A stretch of 64,000 nt of DNA from an uncultured bacterium (GTDB lineage Bacteria > UBP15 > UBA6099 > JAJRTR01), in assembly GCA_964595945.1 (NCBI GenBank), contig CAZQSL010000001.1, forward strand, positions 36,930 through 100,929, read 5' to 3'. The notes below the pieces were generated by a model. The model saw only the letters and a list, made by a program, of their open reading frames with translations, had not been told where the DNA came from and searched no databases. The position numbers were made by a program, and so were the translations under genes. Below, one piece after another: positions 40,279 through 49,703 of the stretch. Within the stretch, counting starts at the first letter, position 1; each line of letters starts with the position of its first letter.

Positions 40279-40478
40279 AACGGTTAACATTATCGCGCGT
40301 GCGGGGCTGAGGCGCGTTCCATCAGCCATTTGGTTATGACATACGCTTTTTCCAGCGCTACAGCTTCACTTGAAATCCCGCATCACCCCTATTCTAAAAT
40401 TTTTTCGGAGAGCAGGGGGCTCCGCCCCCTGCACCCCCACAAAGGATAAAAGATTAAAAGCAAAAAGGCTAAAAAAGA

Positions 40479-43040
40479 TTAGTCCTGAGCACAACGAAAG
40501 CCGCGATTGAGGGACCAGTTAGAAGGAACGTACCTGAAGCGAACGGAGACGCGCGAGTACCAGACGTAGTCGATGCCGTCCCAGGAGCCGCCGCGCAAAA
40601 CCCGGAGGTCGTAGTCGCCTATAGTTGGGCCTGTCGGGTCGGTCGACGGGCTCGATGAATAATAGTCGCTCCCATACCAGTCGTTCACCCATTCCCACAC
40701 ATTCCCGCCCATATCCATCACTCCATAATAGCTCTTGTCACTCGAATAACTCCCCACTGCCGCCGTATCGTTTGTTTCACCAGTTACACATGAATGATAT
40801 GTGCTATTTATATCGTGGTAGCCCCTGACATTGCCATAGCATCCGGGCGTACTTCCCCACGGATAGATGTTTGTACTCGGACTCGGCCCCCGCGCCGCCT
40901 TTTCCCACTGCGCTTCCGTAGGCAACTTGCCCCCATACCACGCGCAGAAAAGCGCCGCCTGCGTCCATGTCACATTTATCACGGGATAGTTCGCATACGC
41001 CGAGTTACCGTAATATGACGCCCGTGTGGATGACGATGTGCTACCCGGCGCGGTGCATGAGCCAGCCGCGACGCACGCCTCATATTGCGCGTTCGTCACT
41101 TCGTGTTTCATGATCTTGTATTCAGAAAGATTTACCGTGTGCCTCGGCTGTTGGTCGCTCAAGCAAAAGGAATACCACTTTTTTATTGGGTTACCGTATC
41201 CGTCGTCTGTGTCGTAATAATACCCATCGCCGCTGGCCGCTGATGTGTCCGAGCACCCCATGAGGAAATTCCCCGCGGGGATCGTGATCCACTCGTCCGT
41301 CGGCGTGCCGCTCACCTCGTTGCTTGCCGTGCATTTATCACTGGTATCGCAGGCGTAGACCTTGAAGTAGTATTTCGTGTCCTTCGTCAGCCCCGTGACA
41401 GTCTGTGTGGTATGTGTTTTCGATGTGATGGTGTTGACAGGAGTTGACGACAGAGTGACGCCGGGTGAGGTGGAGCGATAGACTTTGTAGTAGGCGAAAT
41501 TGGTTTTCGAGCTTTGCGACCATGAGAGATCGAGAGATGTGGCCGTGATGTTGAACGGTACGTTCAGGGGCAGCCCGTTTTCGACCGTGATTGATTCGGA
41601 TGTCAATTCGGTAGTGGCGCCATCCTTGTCGGTGACGGTGACTTTTGCGGTGTATGTGCCTGCCGTTTCGTAGGTGTGCGAGGGATTTTTTTCCGTGGAC
41701 GTGCCGCCGTCGCCGAATTTCCACGAATAGGACACGCACGTGATGTCGTCGTCGCTGCAATCAATTTTGAAGCTGACGTCGAGTGGCGATTCGCCGCTTG
41801 CGGGTGATGCTTCCATGGTGGGGGCATGTGCGATTTTTCTTTCGGTAATTGTGAATGCTCCCGTATCCCAGCTCTCAAGCTCATGATCGAAAATTTCTAT
41901 TTGAAATTTTGCCCCGGCTTCAAGGCCGGCGGCAAGTTCCCACAGAGGTTTGACCGTCACTCCTTCGGACAATTGAACGGATTCGCCAGCCAGCATCCTG
42001 AGGTACCCGTTTATGTAGGCTGAGGGCCCGGCAACATTGTACAGCAGCAGTTCGAGTTCGAGGCCGCAATATGCCTTGACCTCTGCCGTGAGAGTTACCT
42101 TTGGAGCATCGTACGAAATGACATTGGTGAATTCCTTGACGGTTGACCATTTCTTGTCGGCATAGCGCATGCCCGCAGTGACCTTAGCGGATTGGACGAT
42201 CTCGGCGGTGAGCGTAGTGGTGATCTTGCCCTGAAGACCAACGTAGACTGTCAGCTTGGGGACGAATACGAGCGGTATGCCGGCATTTACCACAAACGGT
42301 TTGAATTTGAATTTATATATCGGGATTTCCTCTTTAAAACCGGCCAACGGCAGTTTTGAATCCAGTTTGATGTCGAGTTCTTCTTTTGCCGAAGTGGTAA
42401 ACAACAGGCTTTCGAGTTTGAAGCTCTTGATCCGCGCTTTGAAATTCACCGAAGGAGTGAGTGTCACAGAACCCGTGATAGTGGTCTGGTCGTCAAGAGT
42501 GTTTTTGTTGTTGTCCTCGTCATACAGCACATTTTTCAGTTCAATGGAAAAGGATTTCAGATCAAGGTTCGCGGACCGTTTCAGCGAAACGCCTTTCTGA
42601 AGAGCCTCCTCCGAGCTAACATCGTCGAGGGTCAATTCACGGGACACCTCGATGTCGGCCTGCTCAATAGCGTCAGCAAGCGCGGCATTTTCCACGGTGA
42701 CAACGGTGGAGCCGCTGTTGGATGTTTTGGCAACAACCTTCTTCAGCAAGCCGTATGGCGCAGCATCCGTTGGCGCGGAGGCGATGATATCGCCGATGGC
42801 AAGCGCCTGAAGTTGCGGGGTATCGGTGGCGAAAGTGATGGTGTCGGTGGCGACTTCGGTTATGCCAGCGCGAGTTTCGCCATCTAACACACGGGTTTTT
42901 TCACTGAGTACTGTGGGCACGCTCGAATCAGAGGTGCTGCCGCCCCCTCCCCCGCAGCCGCCTGCTGCTATGACGAGGATGGCAAGGATTGCGATGCTGG
43001 TGATGTGTTTCAGATGGTTTGTGCGGTGTGTGTTTTTCAT
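40479..43040 (-). CDS. Large lipoprotein with PKD, fibronectin-III-like and C-terminal FGE-sulfatase (SUMF1-like) domains
   Basis: The ATG at 43040 has a GGAGGA RBS. Lipobox at IAAGGC followed by a Gly/Ser linker. PKD-like motif WKFGDGGTSTEKNPSHTYETAGTYTAKVTVTD. FN3-like segment with FAYYKVYRS. The final ~300 aa carry FGE-sulfatase signatures (RGGSW...GFRCA). The track ORF starts 39 codons upstream. Confidence 0.8.
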   Translation of the reverse strand: MKNTHRTNHLKHITSIAILAILVIAAGGCGGGGGSTSDSSVPTVLSEKTRVLDGETRAGITEVATDTITFATDTPQLQALAIGDIIASAPTDAAPYGLLKKVVAKTSNSGSTVVTVENAALADAIEQADIEVSRELTLDDVSSEEALQKGVSLKRSANLDLKSFSIELKNVLYDEDNNKNTLDDQTTITGSVTLTPSVNFKARIKSFKLESLLFTTSAKEELDIKLDSKLPLAGFKEEIPIYKFKFKPFVVNAGIPLVFVPKLTVYVGLQGKITTTLTAEIVQSAKVTAGMRYADKKWSTVKEFTNVISYDAPKVTLTAEVKAYCGLELELLLYNVAGPSAYINGYLRMLAGESVQLSEGVTVKPLWELAAGLEAGAKFQIEIFDHELESWDTGAFTITERKIAHAPTMEASPASGESPLDVSFKIDCSDDDITCVSYSWKFGDGGTSTEKNPSHTYETAGTYTAKVTVTDKDGATTELTSESITVENGLPLNVPFNITATSLDLSWSQSSKTNFAYYKVYRSTSPGVTLSSTPVNTITSKTHTTQTVTGLTKDTKYYFKVYACDTSDKCTASNEVSGTPTDEWITIPAGNFLMGCSDTSAASGDGYYYDTDDGYGNPIKKWYSFCLSDQQPRHTVNLSEYKIMKHEVTNAQYEACVAAGSCTAPGSTSSSTRASYYGNSAYANYPVINVTWTQAALFCAWYGGKLPTEAQWEKAARGPSPSTNIYPWGSTPGCYGNVRGYHDINSTYHSCVTGETNDTAAVGSYSSDKSYYGVMDMGGNVWEWVNDWYGSDYYSSSPSTDPTGPTIGDYDLRVLRGGSWDGIDYVWYSRVSVRFRYVPSNWSLNRGFRCAQD

Positions 43041-43640
43041 GTGTGTCCTCCGGCCGGGTGATTGTGGCTGCTGGTGGCTCTGTTTTGCGTTTTCGCGAAG
43101 CGGAATTTTCATGCAGTTACAATTGTTGAAGTGTGTCTTTTTGCGATTATATATCATTGCACGCTGTATGGGAAGGGAAATATTGAATATCCCGAGAACA
43201 TCAAGAAGTCAAACCTAAAATCATCTGAAGAATAATTTGTAACAAAATCACTCGGTACAATTAGTCATGCAACTCGATGATAGCTAATGGAAGCGGTAGT
43301 ATTTCCGCATATATGGCGATCTATCCGACACTCGTTGCCGTAATCCGAAAGAGTAGTTGTCAATAATTTGTGGTCTTGTATGTTACATATAAAAAGATGC
43401 TATATGTTACGTCAAATGTAGCAGATCGGGCTATACCGGATTGTATGTCATTGGAGTAATCTTAAGTGGTAAGTTGAGATGTCAGCGTTATGGCAGACAT
43501 CATGTGAGCATAAGTCCACATTGTTGCCCAATGTCTCACAAGTCGGGCAGGATACGGCAGATCGTTGCCGGATGTCATGGTTACAACCGGCATCCTAATG
43601 CCGGGAACAAATTCGAAGTCATTTTTGGCCATTCAAATAA

Positions 43641-44996
<1,356 letters not shown>

Positions 44997-45031
44997 TCAG
45001 TATCGGCTGTATCATTACTCATGTATGAAAT

Positions 45032-45052
45032 GGCGGGGCCTTTGCGCCCCGC
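45032..45052 (+). terminator. Terminator-like GC hairpin downstream of gdhA (weak U-tract)
   Basis: ggcggggc-ctttgc-gccccgcc, 8-bp perfect stem. Confidence 0.4.
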
Positions 45053-45064
45053 CTACTCGTTGTT

Positions 45065-47719
45065 GTGAGGTCCAATGCCATGTCACAGATAGACTCCCAA
45101 CTCAGCACCGGACTGTCAGGGCTCGACAGGATGATTACCGGACTGATCCCCGGCGACAACATCGTGTGGCATGCCGACACCGTCGACGAATACAAAATCT
45201 TCCTCGCTCCCTATCTCAAGAGCGCGCTCAATTCCGGCCGACGCCTTGTCTATTTCAGATTCGCTACACATGACCCTCTCGTCAGCGACGCAGCAGGCGT
45301 CGAAATAGTGCGGCTCGATGTCGAAAACGGGTTTGAGAACTTCGTATCGGAAATCCACAAAATCGTCCGCGATGCGGGCCGCAACACGTCCTATGTGTTC
45401 GACTGCCTCTCCGACATAGCGCGGTACTGGCTGAGCGACAGGATGCTCGGCAACTTTTTCAAACTTATCTGTCCCTATATCCTCGACATAGAAGCGATCG
45501 CGTACTTCTGCGTGCTGCGCGGCCGGCAAAGCGCCGACGCACTCGAACCCATCCGTGAAACGGCGCAGGTCGTAATCGACATTTTCCGCCACAGAGGAGC
45601 GCTATACCTCCTGCCGCAGAAAGTCCAGCGTCGACATTCCAGCACCATGTACATGCTCCACAAATGGGACGGCATTTACTTCACGCCAGTCGCCGACAGT
45701 TCCACCATCTCCGAAGTGATGATGACAGTTTCCAGCTATTACCTCAATGAAAACAGCGACGAGTGGGGCTATGTCAATCAGGTGTTTCGCGATGCCGCCG
45801 CCGCGTGGGAAAAGACCGGGACCACGAAAAAAAACACCAAGGATGTAGCGCATCTCCTGCGGCAAATCCTCACTATCACCGTCTCGCGCGATCCGCGCAT
45901 CATTGACCTTGCGTCAAAACATCTCACCATCGGCGATGTCCTCGACATCCGCAAACGTATGATCGGCACCGGCCTCATCGGCGGCAAGGCCATCGGCATG
46001 CTCATCGCGGATGCCATCCTGCGAAACAGCGGACGCCAGTGGGACTCACTCCTCGAACGCCATGACTCATTCTACGTTGGCTCCGATGTCTTCTATTCGT
46101 TCATCGTGCGCAACGGCATCTGGTTCATGCGCGAAAAGCAGAAAGACCCGGAATCATACCTTGACGGAGCAAAGGAAGCCCGCCAGCGGATACTCCTCGG
46201 CACTTTCCCCGCCGCGATCAGGGAGCAGTTCTCGAAGATGCTCGACTACTTCGGCCAGTCTCCCGTCATCGTACGCTCAAGCAGCCTGCTCGAAGACAAC
46301 TTCGACAACGCGTTTTCGGGAAAATATGAAAGCGTTTTCTGCGCCAATCAGGGCTCGCGCGAAAAGCGGCTCGAAGATTTCATATCCGCCGTCCTCACCA
46401 TCTACGCCGGCACCATGGGCGAAAAAGCGCTCACCTACCGCGCCCACCGCGGCCTGCTCGCCTCCGACGAACAGATGGCGCTGCTCGTGCAGCGCGTATC
46501 CGGCACAATGCACGACCGGCTGTTTTATCCTCACATCGCTGGCGTGGCATATTCATACAATCCATACGTATGGAGCGACCGCATCGACCCTGACGCCGGC
46601 ATGCTGCGGCTCGTGTTCGGACTCGGCACCCGAGCCGTCGACCGCGTCGACGACGACTATACTCGCATCGTCGCACTCAACGCACCCGAGGTCAGGCCCG
46701 AGTCAGGCCAATCAGGCATCAGGAAATACGCGCAGCACAAAATCGACCTTATCGATCTCGACTCCAACCAGCTTGTCACCGCACAATTCCCCGACATCGC
46801 GGCCCGCAGCGCCGGGCTCAAACTCGAAATGTTCGCCTCGCGCGATCGCGAGGTCGAGCGCCGCGCGGCCGAAAACGGCATGCGCAACGTGTTCTCCTGG
46901 GTGCTCACCTTCAACAAACTCCTGCAGGAAACAGAATTCGTCCACAGAATGCGCGAAATCCTCCAAACCCTCCGCGAATCCTATGGATGCAATGTCGATA
47001 TCGAGTTTACGGCCAATTTCGACAGCGACAATAACTTTCGCATCAGCCTCGTACAATGCCGGCCTTTCATGATCAAGGGCGACGGGCCCGCCAGCAGCCC
47101 GCCCGTTATCATCAAAAAAAAGGACCTCATCGTGCGCTCGTCAGGCGTCGTCATCGGTCGCAGCCGGTCGCTTTCCGTCGACTGGATAGTGTTCGTATCA
47201 CCAGCGGCATACGGAGTGCTGCCGCGTGGCGACCGCTACGAAGTCGCACGACTGCTCGGCACCGTCACTTCCGCGATTTCCCCGCAGAGAGACAAAAATA
47301 TCGTCCTCATCGGCCCAGGCAGATGGGGCTCGTCCATGCCCGAACTCGGCATCCCCGCCACTTTTTCCGAAATCCGCCGCGCCTCAGTCCTCTGCGAAGT
47401 CGTAGCCATGAACAGCAATCTCGTCCCCGAAGTCTCCCTCGGCACTCATTTCTTCAATGACCTTGTCGAAACCGACATACTCTACCTCGCACTCTTCCCC
47501 AATTCGCCCAATAACACAATCAACGAAGCTTTTTTCACCGGCGCGCACAACAGTCTCCTCGAAATATCTCCAGCGGCCACGCATCTTGGCGATGTCGTCA
47601 AGGTCATCGATATCCCCAGAGCCACCGGCGGTCGTACTCTCTGTCTCCACGCTAATGTTTTCAATCAGGAAGTCATAACTTACATCGACGCCGCTGACCG
47701 GTCGCGCACACAGAAATGA
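45065..47719 (+). CDS. PEP/pyruvate-binding (PPDK_N-type) domain protein with N-terminal degenerate KaiC/RecA-like domain
   Basis: The N-terminal ~270 aa resemble a KaiC-like fold but lack a Walker A motif (GLIPGDNIVWHADT). The central PPDK_N signature VRSSSLLEDNFDNAFSGKYESV is present. No PEP-utilising phospho-His domain was recognised. Confidence 0.72.
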   Translation: MRSNAMSQIDSQLSTGLSGLDRMITGLIPGDNIVWHADTVDEYKIFLAPYLKSALNSGRRLVYFRFATHDPLVSDAAGVEIVRLDVENGFENFVSEIHKIVRDAGRNTSYVFDCLSDIARYWLSDRMLGNFFKLICPYILDIEAIAYFCVLRGRQSADALEPIRETAQVVIDIFRHRGALYLLPQKVQRRHSSTMYMLHKWDGIYFTPVADSSTISEVMMTVSSYYLNENSDEWGYVNQVFRDAAAAWEKTGTTKKNTKDVAHLLRQILTITVSRDPRIIDLASKHLTIGDVLDIRKRMIGTGLIGGKAIGMLIADAILRNSGRQWDSLLERHDSFYVGSDVFYSFIVRNGIWFMREKQKDPESYLDGAKEARQRILLGTFPAAIREQFSKMLDYFGQSPVIVRSSSLLEDNFDNAFSGKYESVFCANQGSREKRLEDFISAVLTIYAGTMGEKALTYRAHRGLLASDEQMALLVQRVSGTMHDRLFYPHIAGVAYSYNPYVWSDRIDPDAGMLRLVFGLGTRAVDRVDDDYTRIVALNAPEVRPESGQSGIRKYAQHKIDLIDLDSNQLVTAQFPDIAARSAGLKLEMFASRDREVERRAAENGMRNVFSWVLTFNKLLQETEFVHRMREILQTLRESYGCNVDIEFTANFDSDNNFRISLVQCRPFMIKGDGPASSPPVIIKKKDLIVRSSGVVIGRSRSLSVDWIVFVSPAAYGVLPRGDRYEVARLLGTVTSAISPQRDKNIVLIGPGRWGSSMPELGIPATFSEIRRASVLCEVVAMNSNLVPEVSLGTHFFNDLVETDILYLALFPNSPNNTINEAFFTGAHNSLLEISPAATHLGDVVKVIDIPRATGGRTLCLHANVFNQEVITYIDAADRSRTQK

Positions 47720-47775
47720 CGATTGCACGGCACGCCCCAGCTATCCAATTCTATACTCACCTTGTCAAAAAGTGC

Positions 47776-47804
47776 TTGACAGCCGAAAGAAACGGTGCAT
47801 AAAT
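47776..47804 (+). promoter_or_regulatory. Sigma-70-type promoter (TTGACA-17-ATAAAT)
   Basis: TTGACA at 47776-47781, a 17-nt spacer, and ATAAAT at 47799-47804. Immediately followed by GAAGGAGG and the ATG at 47816. Confidence 0.55.
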
Positions 47805-47815
47805 GAGAAGGAGGA

Positions 47816-47944
47816 ATGATGAAAATCAGCAGGAGCGAACACCATGCCACTCATCACATAGTTTCCGAAAGGCGTCAGCGCACAGCGGACAAGTTCAGCA
47901 AAGTAACAGCAAACGCTACAGCACAGACAATATCACACCTGTAG
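47816..47944 (+). CDS. Candidate 42-aa small basic His-rich protein (MMKISRSEHHATHHIVSERRQRTADKFSKVTANATAQTISHL)
   Basis: The ORF lies directly behind a consensus promoter and a GGAGG RBS. It is below the track's length cutoff. There is no downstream same-strand gene. The hairpin at 48155-48188 follows. Confidence 0.3.
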   Translation: MMKISRSEHHATHHIVSERRQRTADKFSKVTANATAQTISHL

Positions 47945-48154
47945 TCGTCGGCGTGTAGAGCCCCATTATCGGTAACGGCTTCAACGAATACTACTCGCTT
48001 TTCAGACGTACAACTTCCTGCCAGACGACATCCAAACCGCAAAGTCCGGTATTATGAGAATGGTTCACTTGGAGATGGAACTGCGACAACCAGAACAACG
48101 CCTGTAACAATAATTGGATTCTATCTATACGATAAATTATTTAAATTTGCCTAC

Positions 48155-48188
48155 CGGAGAAACCTTATTCGAGAAAAAGGTTTCTCCG
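48155..48188. repeat. GGAG...CTCC palindromic hairpin family member
   Basis: cggagaaaccttattcgagaaaaaggtttctccg between convergent genes. It is followed at 48262-48290 by an inverted copy of the 28-nt repeat block. Confidence 0.6.
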
Positions 48189-48421
48189 CACCTCTTCCCA
48201 AAAGCTTTATATGATTAACTTTTCTCCAAGTTACCGTTTCATTGTGCTACCCACAGCGGTAGGTAATTTCTATTGATATTCAGTATATTCCAATATTAGG
48301 AGGAACATCAATGAAAACGCAGGGAACCAGGCATCCATATCGGATGATCCTTTGTTCATAAAGGAGGCGTTCAGACGGCAGGATTAGGGATTTGCACAAA
48401 GTCTGAATTGGTGGAGCAATA

Positions 48422-49696
48422 TTACAGCAGTCCGTGGCGTATGATCATAAATCCGGTGTACAGCTGATTGTGAGCGGTCAGCAGGAACCAGACGAATGTG
48501 AACGCGAGCATCAACTTGTCGAGCACGGCAGTGCGGTGAGTGAGCGCGATGTATGACGTGATGACAAAAAAATCAGTGAAGACGCGGATGTAGGTGGTGG
48601 TGTCCTTCCATACGGTGCTGAGTGTGAAAAACATGACGGCAAAAATCAGCCACGAAATGTGAAACGGTGATGAAAACCTGTCCCTGATCCCATAGTACAG
48701 CCCCGCTCCGAAGATCATGGCAAGCCCTGCCATGTGCGTATAGTCCACGAGGCCGAAGATGTCGCTTGCGCGAATATGCCATCTGATGTATTCCACAAAA
48801 CCGGACATCGGCGCGCCTACATTGGCATCGCCGCTCGCGAGGATCGGGAATTCACCCCAATTTAGGCGCATGATTATCTGTATCGTTGCAAAACACGCGA
48901 ACGGCAGGAGCGACCACACGAACTGCTTTTTGTCGAGTCCGCGCCTGAACACAAATTTTATGATCTGAAATCCCGTAATGCCCATTGCCACGATCAGCAT
49001 TGGCTCTCGTGTCAGCACCGCGAGCGAGAGAGTCACTGAGGCGTGAGGCCACTTTTTACGATGGTAGAAAATAAGGCTTGAGACAAGGAACATCGTTGCC
49101 ATCGGCTCGCACAGATCACGCTCGAAACAGAATATCAATCCGGGATAGAGCGAAAACAGAATGCCCCATGCCGGCTCGCGGCCGAGCATGGCGGCAAGGC
49201 GCGCGCCGAGCCACGCGAGCATCACGAGCGCGGCAAAATTGACTACTATCAGCATTGCCGGCACATATCGCCAGTTGCCGCCGAGCGACGCGGCCCACAC
49301 GGTCAGCGGATAGACGATGCGCTGATGACGCAGTGACGGGCAGTCGATGGTTACGCCATGATCTGTCGCCTTGCTGGTGAAAGGGTCAAGTGCGAGACGG
49401 TAGTAAAACTCGCCGTCGTAGCCGTCGCTCTGTCTGATAACGGTGACGTTGGGTGCGATTTTCGCCCTGTTGCCGTACACATCGCCAATGTTGATAAATC
49501 CTGAAAGGTCATAGCGATAATTGAAAAACGTAAGCGCGAAGAACGTACCCCATATTATTGCGGCAAGTATTGCCATCGCGCCGGGACTTATGCCTGATCT
49601 GAGGTTCGTTTTCGTTTCCAGTTTGGTAGTTCCTCGATGAGTATTTGCCCGCCGTCGAGATTCCAGATGAATCCGGGACACGATCCGGCCATGCAA
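48422..49696 (-). CDS. Polytopic membrane protein, putative GT-C-type glycosyltransferase / surface-glycopolymer membrane protein
   Basis: About 11 TM segments and an early loop with SDGYDGEFYYRLALDP. Lies directly downstream of the GH38 mannosidase on the same strand. The start is uncertain (TTG at 49696 or ATG at 49576). Confidence 0.55.
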   Translation of the reverse strand: MHGRIVSRIHLESRRRANTHRGTTKLETKTNLRSGISPGAMAILAAIIWGTFFALTFFNYRYDLSGFINIGDVYGNRAKIAPNVTVIRQSDGYDGEFYYRLALDPFTSKATDHGVTIDCPSLRHQRIVYPLTVWAASLGGNWRYVPAMLIVVNFAALVMLAWLGARLAAMLGREPAWGILFSLYPGLIFCFERDLCEPMATMFLVSSLIFYHRKKWPHASVTLSLAVLTREPMLIVAMGITGFQIIKFVFRRGLDKKQFVWSLLPFACFATIQIIMRLNWGEFPILASGDANVGAPMSGFVEYIRWHIRASDIFGLVDYTHMAGLAMIFGAGLYYGIRDRFSSPFHISWLIFAVMFFTLSTVWKDTTTYIRVFTDFFVITSYIALTHRTAVLDKLMLAFTFVWFLLTAHNQLYTGFMIIRHGLL

Positions 49697-49703
49697 GCAT
49701 TCG

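Noticed and set aside
39454-40478. CRISPR array or tRNA/tmRNA in the hairpin-dense AT-rich region. The other AT-rich spacers were also checked (19500-20360, 27760-27900, 43160-43655, 47730-48420).
   Set aside because: The hairpins are not regularly spaced direct repeats. No GTTCRANYC T-loop or acceptor-stem pattern was found. No rRNA-like conserved blocks were seen anywhere in the window.
47816-47865. Possible his-operon-type leader peptide because of the EHHATHH segment.
   Set aside because: There is no tandem run of His codons, no downstream his genes, no attenuator pair, and the ORF continues for 42 codons.
48311-48361. 16-codon mini-ORF (MKTQGTRHPYRMILCS) behind an AGGAGG RBS, next to the inverted 28-nt repeat block.
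   Set aside because: It is too short to support. It is recorded only as context for the repeat. It could be tested together with the 47816 small ORF by ribosome profiling.
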